Assembly (NCBI GenBank): GCA_964455655.1
Contig: CAYVWZ010000003.1
Location: 804 to 64,803, forward strand
Origin: Candidatus Woesearchaeota archaeon
GTDB lineage: Archaea > Nanobdellota > Nanobdellia > SCGC-AAA011-G17 > JACPNG01
Length of the DNA: 64,000 nucleotides
Reading direction: 5' to 3'
The position numbers were made by a program, and so were the translations under genes. Shown piece after piece: positions 8,903-18,919 of the stretch (position 1 is the first letter of the stretch; each line of letters starts with the position of its first letter). The notes under the pieces were generated by a model. The model saw only the letters and a program-made list of their open reading frames with translations. It searched no databases and was not told where the DNA came from.

Positions 8903-10519
8903 CTACATCATGTCCATGTTAGGCATTCCGCCACCCATGGGGTTTCCTTGTTGAGGTTTTGTTCCACCTGCAATAACATCATCAATTCTGAGAATTAATT
9001 CTGCTACTTCTGATGCGCTTGTTATTGCCTGTGTTTTGATTTGTAATGGTTCAATGATTCCTGCTTTCCATGCATCAATGACTTTTCCTTTGAATACATC
9101 TAATCCTGCCCATACTTGTTTTTTGTCATGTTGTGCTTTTAATTCTGTGAGCATATCGATAGGGTCGAGTCCTGCATTTTCTGCTAGGGTTCTTGGGATT
9201 ATTTCTAATGCTTCTGCGAATGCTATTACTGCTAATTGTTCTCTTCCGCTTAGACTATTTGCGTATTTTCGTAGTTCTTTTGCGACTTCTATTTCTGGTG
9301 CTCCTGCTCCTGCTACTACTTTTCCATTTCGTAGTGCTGCTCCTAAGTCTCCTATTGCGTCTTTTACTGCTCTCTCTACTTCTGCAACGACGTGGGGTGT
9401 TCCTCCTCTAATAAGGAGTGTTACTGCTTTTGGATTTTTGCATTCTTTGATCATGGTCATTTGTTCGTCGCTAATAGTTATTTCTTCTATGAGTCCTGCA
9501 TATCCTAGATCGTTTTTGTTTAGTTCTTTGATGCTGCTTACTATTGTTGCTCCTGTTGCTCGCGCGAGTTTTTCCATGTCAGATTGTTTTACTCTTCGTG
9601 CTGCGTAGATTCCTGCTTTTGCTAGGTAGTGTTGTGCTAAATCATCTATTCCTTTTTGGCAGAGTACAACGGTTGCTCCGCTTTTGATGATAGAGTCTAC
9701 CATTGCTTTGATCATGATTTCTTCTTGGTCTAAGAATGCTTGTAGTTGTCTTGGATCGTTGATTTGTATTTTTGCGTCAGTTTCTGTTGATTTGATTTCT
9801 ATTGGACTTTCTATGAGTGCAATTTTTGCTTGTACTACTTTTTTTGGCATTGAGCTGTGTACTCGTTCTTTGTCTAGTAAAATTCCGCTGATTAATTCTG
9901 ATTCGTCGATGCTTCCGCCTACTTTTGTTTCTATTTTTATGTAGTCTGGATTGAATTTTCCATCTTCTGATACTTGTTTTACTGCTCTTACGGTTATTTT
10001 TGCTAAATTGTCTTTTGCGCTTTCTGCGCCTTTTCCAGTCATTGCTGTAATTGCTATTTTTTGGAGAATATCTTCATTCTTTGGTGTGATAGTTTCTGCT
10101 ATATCGTTCAATACCTTATTTGCTTTTTCTGCTGCTAATCGATATCCTCTTGTGATAACGGTTGGATGAATGTCTTTTTCGAGTAATGCTTCTGCATTTT
10201 TTAATAATTCTCCAGCAATGACTACTGCTGTTGTTGTTCCATCGCCGACTTGATCTTCTTGTGTTTTTGCTACTTCTACAAGCATTTTTGCTGCGGGATG
10301 TTCTATGCCCATTTCTTGGAGAATGGTTACTCCGTCGTTAGTGATGATGATATCTCCTAGAGAGTCCACAATCATTTTGTCCATACCTTTCGGACCTAGT
10401 GTTGTGCGCACTGTTTCTGCTACTTGTTTTGCTGCGGCGATGTTGTTGCGTTGTGCGTCTCTTCCGATTGTTCGTTGATATCCTTCGGGTAGGATGAAGA
10501 TAGGTTGTGTTTGTACCAT
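8903..10519 (-). CDS. ths: thermosome subunit (group II chaperonin)
   Basis: 538 aa with hallmark motifs [28 protein letters not shown] and VAGAGAPE, plus a GGMPNMDMM tail. An AGGAGG SD lies upstream. Confidence 0.95.
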   Translation of the reverse strand: MVQTQPIFILPEGYQRTIGRDAQRNNIAAAKQVAETVRTTLGPKGMDKMIVDSLGDIIITNDGVTILQEMGIEHPAAKMLVEVAKTQEDQVGDGTTTAVVIAGELLKNAEALLEKDIHPTVITRGYRLAAEKANKVLNDIAETITPKNEDILQKIAITAMTGKGAESAKDNLAKITVRAVKQVSEDGKFNPDYIKIETKVGGSIDESELISGILLDKERVHSSMPKKVVQAKIALIESPIEIKSTETDAKIQINDPRQLQAFLDQEEIMIKAMVDSIIKSGATVVLCQKGIDDLAQHYLAKAGIYAARRVKQSDMEKLARATGATIVSSIKELNKNDLGYAGLIEEITISDEQMTMIKECKNPKAVTLLIRGGTPHVVAEVERAVKDAIGDLGAALRNGKVVAGAGAPEIEVAKELRKYANSLSGREQLAVIAFAEALEIIPRTLAENAGLDPIDMLTELKAQHDKKQVWAGLDVFKGKVIDAWKAGIIEPLQIKTQAITSASEVAELILRIDDVIAGGTKPQQGNPMGGGMPNMDMM

Positions 10520-10608
10520 GGTAATAATGTCCTCCTGTGTGGGTTGCAGCTTCTTTTACGTGTTTAATAGCATCTGAAGAATTTTTAAAGGTTTAGGTGA
10601 TCACTTGA

Positions 10609-11088
10609 TTAAAAGAGCTTCGTTCTAATCGCTTCATGTAGCCTTGTAGGTGGTAGAGGTCCTCCAGATGCACGATGTAAATTCCCATCTCCAAAACAAG
10701 AGATTTCTAAATTCTGAATAATATCAGTAAGTGCCTCAACAGGCGGTGCTTGCGGTTCAAATCTCATAATGCGAAGAAAGTGAAAGTAACCATCATGACA
10801 ATGCGTTGGTCTTACAACAAGACTTGTTTGAGACGAGATTTGTTTAAGATGTTCTAATAGTCTCCTTGCACTCCCTTCAGTCATAAGTGAGTCGTATCCA
10901 TAGTATGTAGAATCATGTGTGTCCGTTATTCCATCAACTGCGCTATATGCGTTTGTAAGACCAGCATAAAACCAATCTTGCAGAGAACTTGATTGAGTTG
11001 TTATATCACATTCAGGAGGAATCCAATGCTGTTCTCGTAATCTATTTGGTGAGATTATTCCATGATATACTTTAAGCTGTGTGTGCAT
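10609..11088 (-). CDS. hypothetical protein
   Basis: 159-aa ORF with no recognisable motif. It forms a same-strand pair with 11121..11528. Confidence 0.45.
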   Translation of the reverse strand: MHTQLKVYHGIISPNRLREQHWIPPECDITTQSSSLQDWFYAGLTNAYSAVDGITDTHDSTYYGYDSLMTEGSARRLLEHLKQISSQTSLVVRPTHCHDGYFHFLRIMRFEPQAPPVEALTDIIQNLEISCFGDGNLHRASGGPLPPTRLHEAIRTKLF

Positions 11089-11120
11089 ATTATTTCCTCA
11101 TCAAGAGTGTTTAAAAGAAT

Positions 11121-11528
11121 TTAGGTTGGATTGTTTGGATTATCATCACTAGTTATTGGTCTTCCTAAAATTCTTGTGCGGTATCGTGTGTACCATGCAA
11201 ATCGTTCAGCGTATTCTCTTGCTATAGCAGTTGTTTTTATCCGTCTATCTTCAACAGCTTCAAGCGTGTATATTGTTCTAAGAAGAATTCGTGAGAGTAG
11301 GGGATATTTTGTATTCGATTCAATAAATGCTATAGCTTCTTGTATTCGTTCACTAAGAACGTCATATTCTATCCCAGGACTAAGAAGACCTTGACCTCTT
11401 CTTAAAAAGGTAACAAATGGTTTTGAATCACGAATTTCGTCAACTCTTCCGCTATTTATGGTTTCTCTAAGAGCTATCTCTAAATCTCTCTCTGTTGCTG
11501 CTTCTTGAAGAAATTCGTCAAAACTCAT
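11121..11528 (-). CDS. hypothetical protein
   Basis: 135-aa ORF with no recognisable motif. Confidence 0.45.
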   Translation of the reverse strand: MSFDEFLQEAATERDLEIALRETINSGRVDEIRDSKPFVTFLRRGQGLLSPGIEYDVLSERIQEAIAFIESNTKYPLLSRILLRTIYTLEAVEDRRIKTTAIAREYAERFAWYTRYRTRILGRPITSDDNPNNPT

Positions 11529-11640
11529 AGGAGTGTAGCTACCTAAAATTATAAAAAACTACTCTTAAGTTGTTAATGAATTTTAATCTAGATATTTTAT
11601 TGCAATATTGTTTAAGTATACTATTTTCTATGCTCGAAAT

Positions 11641-13302
11641 ATGCCAAAAAAGAGTGTGAATAAACCAAAATATGTGTTTGTTTCTGGAGGGGTTATCTCA
11701 GGTGTTGGTAAAGGAACATTTACTGCTTCTCTTGCGTGTTTGATTGAATCTCAAGGATATCATGTTGAGGCGGTAAAGATAGATCCCTATGTAAATTTGG
11801 ATGCTGGTACGATGAGACCAACAGAGCATGGTGAGGTGTATGTTACTGCTGATGGTTTTGAGACAGATCAAGATTTGGGTAATTATGAACGTTTTTCTTC
11901 AATGACCACTTCTCGTGATCAGAGTATTACAACAGGACAAATTTATTTGCAAATTATTCAGAATGAGCGTGCTGGTAAGTATGGTGGTAAGTCTGTTGAA
12001 GTGGTGTATCATACTGCTTCTGAAGTTATGAGGAGGTTAAAAGATGTTCAACAAAAAAAGAATGCTGATTTTGTATTGATTGAAGTTGGTGGTAGTGTTG
12101 GAGAATATCAAACATTTCCGTTTATGGAAGCTGCTCGTATGATGAAAGCTTCTGGTGATGATGTTGCACATATTCATGTTGGATATGTTCCTATTCCTAC
12201 AATGGTTGGTGAGCCAAAGACAAAGCCTTTGCAAGAGAGTATTCAGAAATTAAGAGAAATGTGTGGTAATCCTGATTTTGTTGTTGCGCGGTGCAGTGTT
12301 CCTCTTGATGATGTTCGTAAACAAAAGATTTCTCTATCATCTGGAGTTCCTTCTGATCACATTATTAGTGCATTTGATGATCGTTTAACCTATCGTATTC
12401 CTTTAAATTTAGCTGCTCAGAATTTGCATACGAATTTATTGTATTTGTTTGGTGTGCCTTTTGATGTGAATGATGGTTTGAAAGAATGGAGAGATATGAT
12501 TATGCGTATTGAAAATATTACGAGAGAGATTAAGATTGGTATGGTGGGTAAATATTTTGATATTGGTAATTTTAATTTGAAGGATAGTTATATTTCTGTG
12601 TTTGAAGCTCTTCGTCATGCGGGTTGGCATAATGATGTTCGTGTAAGGATTGAAGCTATTAATGCGAAGAATTTTGAGGATGGTTCTCAAGAATTATCTA
12701 TGCTTGATGAGTTTGATGGTGTTATTACTCCAGGGGGTTTTGGTTCTTCTGGTATTCAAGGTATGGTAGATGCTATTCAGTATTGTCGTGAGAATAAGAT
12801 CCCTCATTTAGGTCTATGTTTAGGATTACAATTAGAAGTTATTGAGTTTTCTCGTAATGTTCTTGGTTTGGAAGAGGCTAATTCTACAGAAATGAATCCA
12901 TCTACTCCTGATCCTGTTATTGATGTTATTCCTGAACAGCGTGAGATTGTAAGAGCTGGTAATATTGGTGGCACGATGAGGTTAGGAACATATACTGCTC
13001 AATTAAGGAATGATTCTATTGTTGCTGAATGCTATGGTGAGTTAGAGGTAAGAGAGCGTCATCGTCATAGGTGGGAAGTTAACAATGATTATCGTGATAG
13101 GTTAGAGAGTGAGGGTTTAGTGGTGTCAGGTGTGAATGCTGAGCAGGATTTAGTTGAGTTTGTTGAATTGCCAAAGCGTGTTCATCCATTTTTTGTTGGT
13201 ACGCAAGCGCATCCTGAATTTCAATCAAGATTTTTGAAACCTCATCCCTTATTTGTTGGTTTCATAAAAGCTAGTATTGACAGAAATAATGAACGAATTT
13301 AA
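11641..13302 (+). CDS. pyrG: CTP synthase
   Basis: KYVFVSGGVISGVGKG N-terminus, glutamine amidotransferase GLCLGLQ nucleophile and HRHRWEVN near the C-terminus. The start is moved to ATG 11641 (MPKKSVNKPKYVFVSGG), which fits the family better than the track's 11608. Confidence 0.95.
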   Translation: MPKKSVNKPKYVFVSGGVISGVGKGTFTASLACLIESQGYHVEAVKIDPYVNLDAGTMRPTEHGEVYVTADGFETDQDLGNYERFSSMTTSRDQSITTGQIYLQIIQNERAGKYGGKSVEVVYHTASEVMRRLKDVQQKKNADFVLIEVGGSVGEYQTFPFMEAARMMKASGDDVAHIHVGYVPIPTMVGEPKTKPLQESIQKLREMCGNPDFVVARCSVPLDDVRKQKISLSSGVPSDHIISAFDDRLTYRIPLNLAAQNLHTNLLYLFGVPFDVNDGLKEWRDMIMRIENITREIKIGMVGKYFDIGNFNLKDSYISVFEALRHAGWHNDVRVRIEAINAKNFEDGSQELSMLDEFDGVITPGGFGSSGIQGMVDAIQYCRENKIPHLGLCLGLQLEVIEFSRNVLGLEEANSTEMNPSTPDPVIDVIPEQREIVRAGNIGGTMRLGTYTAQLRNDSIVAECYGELEVRERHRHRWEVNNDYRDRLESEGLVVSGVNAEQDLVEFVELPKRVHPFFVGTQAHPEFQSRFLKPHPLFVGFIKASIDRNNERI

Positions 13303-13911
13303 TTAGTTTTTTTGACGAAATGTCTTGATCTTATCAATTACTTTTTGGAGGTCTTTATCATTGCTAAAGTCTAACTTGTCTCTATTAATGTAAACTATTT
13401 GTTGTTTTGATTTTTTATAATACTCTGAGTGTGCTTTTCTTATTGAGAGGTTTCTTTTCAAGAATTTTTCAGTAGTATCGAAATCTCTTCCTCTTTTCAT
13501 GGTGAGTTCTTTAATCTTAGATTCTGATGCATCTAGGCAAACAAGAATGTCTGGTTGTGGGATAAATGTTCTATCGTCTCTTGCTTGTTTTAAGAGTATT
13601 TCTCTTTCAAAGCCGTTAGTTAATGTTGTGATGTGAAGTTCATTGGAGAGTAAGCACGTGTCCATAATTACTGTTTTTCCTTTTTTCTTTAATGTAATTG
13701 CTTTTTTAATATCATCAATGCATTTATTTCTAAACCAGAGAATTGTTTCCATGTGTCTTTTGTCTTCTTTAAAGTTTTCAAGAATTCTTTCAGGAAGTTT
13801 TTCAGCTTCTTCTAGGATAGAGACTGCATTAAGTTTTTTGATAAGTTTTTGTACAAGAAAACTTTTGCCAACACCTGGGGCTCCGATAACTGCAATTATT
13901 TTGGTGTCCAT
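13303..13911 (-). CDS. P-loop kinase, deoxynucleoside kinase-like
   Basis: IAVIGAPGVGKSF Walker A in a ~200-aa protein of dNK/NMP-kinase size. Its start overlaps the upstream HAD gene by 16 nt. Confidence 0.6.
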   Translation of the reverse strand: MDTKIIAVIGAPGVGKSFLVQKLIKKLNAVSILEEAEKLPERILENFKEDKRHMETILWFRNKCIDDIKKAITLKKKGKTVIMDTCLLSNELHITTLTNGFEREILLKQARDDRTFIPQPDILVCLDASESKIKELTMKRGRDFDTTEKFLKRNLSIRKAHSEYYKKSKQQIVYINRDKLDFSNDKDLQKVIDKIKTFRQKN

Positions 13912-14552
13912 ATGTGAGAGACTTCTTCTAAACTATTTAACGTTTGTGCAAAACCAGAGTTTGTTCTAACAAATGTTTCCATTGCAGTGCGATTGTTCAT
14001 TGCATAGGGATGGACTATTCCATAAAATCTAACATCTGCTCCTCTTTCACGTGCGGTTCTGCAAGCTTCTCCGTCGGAGACAAGATCTCCAACATATGCT
14101 ACAGTTCTTGATGGATCTTCAGATGATAATTTAATCAATTCATTTGCTTTTCCTTCGTATGGTGTTTCTACTCTAGCAAAAAAGTGCATAAGTCCATCTC
14201 GTTCAAATCTTAATTGTACTCTTGGTTTTGGTTCGTTTGTGATAACATAAATATTATCAGTGCCTATAGCTTTTTCTGTTGTGCATAGTGCTTCTGCTGC
14301 TCCAGGTATTAATCTTGGAAGTGGTGCGCGCCCAAATTCTGCTACAAAACTCTCAATGACCTCATGTATATGTTCATCTCGTATTCCTAGGTCGCGATAG
14401 AGTTGTGGCCAGTCGCTAGTTTGAAAGCATCCTACATAAGTTTCAGGAGTAATAGGAGCGTATCCTAGGCGAGTTCGTATTGTTTGATCAACATCAAAAA
14501 TAACGGGAAGTGTATTATACAAAGTTCCATCAAGATCAAATGCGACTTTCAT
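13896..14552 (-). CDS. HAD-superfamily hydrolase
   Basis: N-terminal FDLDGTLYNT (motif I) and VGDLVSDGE (motif IV-like). Confidence 0.75.
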   Translation of the reverse strand: MKVAFDLDGTLYNTLPVIFDVDQTIRTRLGYAPITPETYVGCFQTSDWPQLYRDLGIRDEHIHEVIESFVAEFGRAPLPRLIPGAAEALCTTEKAIGTDNIYVITNEPKPRVQLRFERDGLMHFFARVETPYEGKANELIKLSSEDPSRTVAYVGDLVSDGEACRTARERGADVRFYGIVHPYAMNNRTAMETFVRTNSGFAQTLNSLEEVSHIWTPK

Positions 14553-15298
14553 GGTGAGTTTTTCCTGTAATATCTTGCAGCAAGTGAACGGCGTGTTCGT
14601 GTTGGATCAAGAGTTTGTTGACTTCCATGGATGATAGTATCTCTCCATATTCCTACATCTCCTTTTCGCATAAGTGGAGCAATTCCTTGTAAAGATCTTT
14701 TTTCTGTTTCTTCTTGAACAGCTCGTAGATGAGCGCTATTATTTTCTGCTCTAAGAGTAGGTACTTCTAATGTGGGGAATACATATAATGGTCCGGCTTC
14801 TGGATGAATATCTTCAAGAGCTGTCCATACGGCAATTGCTTCGTATTTTTGGTCAGCATAATAACCATCTTGGTGTGCTCCTGTTTCTGTATTGGCATCG
14901 AAGAAGATATAATCTGTGGTTCCGCGAGTGTTTCCGAAAAGATTCTTTACTTCTGTTTTGATTGTATTTCCTAAAACAATGTTTTTTGCAGCATGAACAA
15001 ATCTTTCTAAAGAAGGATCAGTAATATTTTGGACCTCTCGAATGGCGAGCATCATTCTTCCATGTTCGTCAAACGTGTGGGGTGTAGGATCTCCTCCAAT
15101 AGGGAATCTTCGTAAAGATCCTTTATAGGGGAGAACATCTCTTTCAAAGGTTGCTACTAAACTATCTACATCTTCTGTTGGGACTAATCCTCTTATGACG
15201 ACGTGGCCAAAAGTATCAAAATGCTCTTTTCTTTTCTGAGGGGTGTCTAAGGCAGTGTATATGTCTGGATCTCCCTCTCTTTGGGTGTAGACTTGCAT
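14549..15298 (-). CDS. Fe(II)/2-oxoglutarate dioxygenase, PhyH family
   Basis: F-x-x-x-G-x-V-V-I-R-G N-terminal pattern, HQDGYY (H-x-D facial triad) and a distal IIHGS His. A 4-nt ATGA overlap links it to the HAD gene. Confidence 0.65.
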   Translation of the reverse strand: MQVYTQREGDPDIYTALDTPQKRKEHFDTFGHVVIRGLVPTEDVDSLVATFERDVLPYKGSLRRFPIGGDPTPHTFDEHGRMMLAIREVQNITDPSLERFVHAAKNIVLGNTIKTEVKNLFGNTRGTTDYIFFDANTETGAHQDGYYADQKYEAIAVWTALEDIHPEAGPLYVFPTLEVPTLRAENNSAHLRAVQEETEKRSLQGIAPLMRKGDVGIWRDTIIHGSQQTLDPTRTRRSLAARYYRKNSP

Positions 15299-15612
15299 AT
15301 CAGCCTAAGGCTAAAGAACCTTTTAAACCTTACTTTTTTAACTACTTTCCAGGGACTAAACCATAACCCTTATATAGCTCATCTATCCTTGCATTCTTAA
15401 CCTTTAATTGAAGGGAATTATCACAATCATACTATCACTCGTACAAGAACAAGACGCTTGATGTCAAGCTCACCATTCATATTTCCTCATTAAAATACAT
15501 ATGCTAGGGGATAAGAGGGCGTACTCATAACGCTTGCATAATCATATCTTGTTCTAAAAATATTTACGGGAAGTACTGTGATGAAGAATATTACACACAG
15601 GGGGAATATCAT

Positions 15613-16875
15613 ATGGGAAAGATTAGCCTGGTTAGCGCTAAATATATCGTTCATGCCTTTATCAGTATTGAAGGTGTTGTTGATCCACCAGACGTCATCG
15701 GAGCTATTTTCGGTCAAACTGAGGGTTTACTCGGTGCAGATTTAGAATTAAGAGAACTCCAAAGGTCTGGAAGAATCGGACGTATAGAAGTTAATACTGA
15801 AACAAAGAACGGAAAGACTGAAGGGGAAATAGTTCTTCCATCAAGTCTTGACAAAGCTGAGACTGCAATTATTGCTGCAAGTTTAGAGACTATTCAAAGA
15901 ATAGGACCTTGTAATGCAACAGTAAAAGTCAAAAGTATTGAAGACGTAAGAATCTCTAAGAGAAGTTTCGTAGTAGATAGAGCAAAAGAACTCTTACATA
16001 ACTTAACAGAAAATGTTCTTCCTGATTCTCAAGAAATCACAGAAGAAGTTGCTGGTGATGTAAAAGTTATGGACTTACAAGAATTCGGTGTTGATCGTCT
16101 TCCTGCAGGACCTGATGCTGAAACAAATCACGAAATTATTCTCGTAGAAGGAAGAGCTGATGTTATCAATCTTCTCAAGAACGGTTTCAAAAACGCAGTA
16201 GGTATGAATGGAACAAGTTTCCCACCAACACTTATTGAACTTTGTAAAAACAAAGAAGTTACCATTTGTGTTGATGGAGATCGCGGTGGAGAATTAATTA
16301 TTAAAGAAGCTGCAAACATGATCCATATTGATTTCGTTGTAAAGGCTCCTGATGGAAAAGAAATCGAAGAGCTTGCAAAGAAAGAATTACACAAAGCGCT
16401 AAGATCAAGAATTCCGTTTGAGCAATACCAGAGGGAATCAATGGCTGTAAGACGTCCTTCTCGAGATTTTACTCGCGGACCTCCAATGCATGATCGCTAT
16501 GATCGAAGAGATTCTCGTGGCCCACCAATGCATCAGGATCGTAGATATGAACGTCGCCCTCCAGTAAGATCTGATCGCAAGCATAATCTCTCTGTACAAC
16601 AGAAAGAAGTGTTTAAGAAAATGCTTGAAGATTTAATTGGTACACGTGGAGCATACATTCTTGATGATAATTTAGATATTCTTGGAAAGGTTCCAACATC
16701 TGAATTAGTCCCTACCGTGAAGAGTTTGAAAAATGTCTTTGCTGTAGTCTTTGATGGAATGATCTCGAAAGATATTATGTACACGGCAGAACGTGCAGGT
16801 ATTAAGTTCCTTGTAGGAATGGAATCTGAAGTTCAACGTGGAAAGGTTGGCGTTTTAGTAAACGGCCAATTCTAA
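15613..16875 (+). CDS. dnaG: archaeal DnaG primase (TOPRIM)
   Basis: The N-terminal KYIVHAFISIEGVVDPPDVIGAIFGQTEGLLG is the conserved archaeal DnaG signature. TOPRIM elements are ILVEGRADV and VDGDRGGELI. Confidence 0.9.
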   Translation: MGKISLVSAKYIVHAFISIEGVVDPPDVIGAIFGQTEGLLGADLELRELQRSGRIGRIEVNTETKNGKTEGEIVLPSSLDKAETAIIAASLETIQRIGPCNATVKVKSIEDVRISKRSFVVDRAKELLHNLTENVLPDSQEITEEVAGDVKVMDLQEFGVDRLPAGPDAETNHEIILVEGRADVINLLKNGFKNAVGMNGTSFPPTLIELCKNKEVTICVDGDRGGELIIKEAANMIHIDFVVKAPDGKEIEELAKKELHKALRSRIPFEQYQRESMAVRRPSRDFTRGPPMHDRYDRRDSRGPPMHQDRRYERRPPVRSDRKHNLSVQQKEVFKKMLEDLIGTRGAYILDDNLDILGKVPTSELVPTVKSLKNVFAVVFDGMISKDIMYTAERAGIKFLVGMESEVQRGKVGVLVNGQF

Positions 16876-17429
16876 TTTTTTATTTTAAATTCTTTTTTTA
16901 AATTTTCTAACAAGACAGGATATTTCTGTTTGCCTAATTCAGTCTTAATCCTTAGAGGAAATTCATTATCCCAAGTAAGAATAACTTTTTTGTAACTTTC
17001 TTTAGAATATTTTTCTTTTAGATGGTCTACGCATAGCTTACTCAAACTATCAGCATCTACAAGGATTTCTTCATCTTTCGCAAAAGATTCATGCCTATCA
17101 GCTGCTTCTATAAGACGGATTACTGTTTTAATATCGCGTTGAGAAAAGTCTAATTCATTTAATACTTTTTTTGTAAATAGAGCTGTATTCGCATTTGCTT
17201 GTGATTCAAGTTTTAGCATTTGATCAAATTTTACTTTCCCTTTTTTGATAACACCTGACCAGCCAATGTCATGTAAGTATGCTGCAGTAATAATAATATC
17301 CCTATCACTTCTTCCCTTACTTAGAATTTTAGCCCATTTAACAACACGTAAAGCGTGATTCCAGTCTCCATCCCTACATGATTCAAAATAAGGTTTCGCA
17401 ATCGCTATAAGTTTTTGTTCATCCAGCAT
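16872..17429 (-). CDS. HD-domain phosphohydrolase
   Basis: HALRV ... AAYLHDIGW gives an H...HD metal-binding pattern. Confidence 0.75.
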   Translation of the reverse strand: MLDEQKLIAIAKPYFESCRDGDWNHALRVVKWAKILSKGRSDRDIIITAAYLHDIGWSGVIKKGKVKFDQMLKLESQANANTALFTKKVLNELDFSQRDIKTVIRLIEAADRHESFAKDEEILVDADSLSKLCVDHLKEKYSKESYKKVILTWDNEFPLRIKTELGKQKYPVLLENLKKEFKIKN

Positions 17430-17515
17430 ACTCTCTTCTAATACAATCTCATTCTTAACAATTTTGGTATTTTCTCCAAAACCTTAATAAACTAGTTTTG
17501 TAAAAGATATGTTAG

Positions 17516-18046
17516 ATGATAAGTAAAGGGAAACCTTCCCATCCAGAAAAAAAGAAGACACTAGTAACCATAAGAAATGTCTTATTAGTATTGGTGGTTA
17601 TTTTCTTCATTGTATTTTTAGTATTCTTTTCAGGAATTATTCGTAAGGACTGTAAGAATGATCTTGATTGTTTTAATTCCAAGGCCTATGCGTGTAAGGC
17701 TGCAAAGGTAAATACGCTCATTAATGATAATGTCTATGAGTTTACGATTTATGGCCCATCAAGTAATACGTGTGTTATTCATACTACTTTAGTAAAAATG
17801 GCTGATGGAGTTCCTCTAGAGACGCGCGAGAAGTTAGAGGGTAAGGACATGACATGTCATATTCCAAGATCTATCTTGAAAGAACAGTCTATTGTTGAAG
17901 TTAATGGTATTATTGATTATTGTTCAGGTCCTTTGAAAGAAGCACTGTATGAAGTATTGATCGAAAAGATGTATGCATTAATTATTCAAAACTTGAATGA
18001 TATTACGAAGGATGTTAAGGCTGAATTAATAGCTCCTCTTTATTAA
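17516..18046 (+). CDS. membrane-anchored Cys-containing extracytoplasmic protein
   Basis: N-terminal TM (VLLVLVVIFFIVFLVFFSGII) followed by CKNDLDCFNSKAYAC. Confidence 0.5.
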   Translation: MISKGKPSHPEKKKTLVTIRNVLLVLVVIFFIVFLVFFSGIIRKDCKNDLDCFNSKAYACKAAKVNTLINDNVYEFTIYGPSSNTCVIHTTLVKMADGVPLETREKLEGKDMTCHIPRSILKEQSIVEVNGIIDYCSGPLKEALYEVLIEKMYALIIQNLNDITKDVKAELIAPLY

Positions 18047-18091
18047 TGAATTTTCTTGAATAATGCTTATATAGCAGTAACGTGTATTTAA

Positions 18092-18607
18092 TTGCCTAAA
18101 GATGACAGTGATGACACGATGAGAAACTACGGAATTGACAGGCTTAGAGAAGACCCCTATAATGTAACCCTTGCAGAGGGAGTTGTTCTTGAGATATTTA
18201 GTGGAGTTCTCCCTCAAAGAGTTATTGATGGTTTACGTGAAGTAGAACTTGCAGAGACAGCAGCAGGCGTGTCTTATCCTTCTCAGGTTGTTCATGTTAC
18301 AGATCAAAGAATGTTGTCAGAATTTTTAAGATTCCAACGTGATGTTCTATGTGCCTTACCAGGGGCTGCAGAAGCTGATCATGCAGTAAGAAGAGCTATG
18401 GTGAGTGCAAGCATTCCTCTTGAGAGAAGTAATATAGGTATTTGGTATGTTAATGGGCTCACCGCAAGGAGTCCTAATGCTGTAGTGGGCCACCAATTTA
18501 CGGGATTGCGAAAAGCTGCTCACGTAGCTCATGTCGAACCAATACTTATGGGTGGTATGAGAGCTTCAGAAGATGCTTTAGAAAGCATGATTAGATCAAG
18601 CAAATAG
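18092..18607 (+). CDS. hypothetical protein
   Basis: 171-aa ORF with no motif recognised. Its codon usage is unlike neighbouring plus-strand genes. Confidence 0.4.
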   Translation: MPKDDSDDTMRNYGIDRLREDPYNVTLAEGVVLEIFSGVLPQRVIDGLREVELAETAAGVSYPSQVVHVTDQRMLSEFLRFQRDVLCALPGAAEADHAVRRAMVSASIPLERSNIGIWYVNGLTARSPNAVVGHQFTGLRKAAHVAHVEPILMGGMRASEDALESMIRSSK

Positions 18608-18609
18608 AA

Positions 18610-18867
18610 GTGGACACGCCCAAAAGTGGAGTACACAATCCTACAAAAGCTACCCATTGCATTTCTCCATCCTGCTTCCCTCTAAGCGCCAGCAATCCTG
18701 TTAAGAGCTGCTGCATTCCTGCCCTGACTCGGTTCACAAGAACGTCAGCCGAAGAGGACAAGACTTCAACGTCCTGCAATGGACTTGTGCATGATAATGC
18801 ATCGCCTTTCAGGCTTCGGTCCCGCCATGAGGCCTGTTTGCGGTGACAGGAATAAGGCCAAATTCCC
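18610..18867 (-). ncRNA. signal recognition particle RNA (7S/SRP RNA); ends approximate
   Basis: The region is GC-richer than its flanks. The minus strand reads GAGUCAGGGCAGGAAUGCAGCAGC, matching the helix-8 motif (GUCAGG..GGAA..AGCAGC with a GGAA tetraloop). The long-range pairing CCATTGCA/TGCAATGG fits helix 5. TATA-like boxes lie upstream at 18878-18896. Confidence 0.65.
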
Positions 18868-18888
18868 AACCTAGTCCATTTAATATGC

Positions 18889-18896
18889 TAATATAA
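18889..18896 (-). promoter_or_regulatory. TATA-like box upstream of the SRP RNA
   Basis: The minus strand reads TTATATTA about 25-30 nt upstream of the G-rich putative 5' end. Confidence 0.3.
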
Positions 18897-18919
18897 TCAC
18901 TTTTAAGAGTTGTGGAAGG

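Noticed and set aside
9036-10169. Track ORFs 9036..9608, 9193..9411, 9684..9944 and 9951..10169 on the plus strand
   Set aside because: They are antisense shadow ORFs inside the unambiguous thermosome gene. Their low-complexity Leu/Ser-rich translations are typical of reading a conserved gene backwards.
15560-15612. GTGATGA (C-box-like) just upstream of dnaG as a possible C/D box sRNA
   Set aside because: No CTGA D box at a suitable distance and no terminal stem could be found.
16471-16560. Duplicated RGPPMH(D/Q)R segment in the DnaG linker
   Set aside because: It is a short in-frame low-complexity duplication within a poorly conserved Arg-rich linker and is unlikely to be a separate feature.
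18591-18869. ORFs 18591..18869 (-) and 18610..18846 (+)
   Set aside because: They coincide with the GC-rich SRP RNA gene, and the RNA explanation (helix-8 motif, helix-5 pairing) is stronger.
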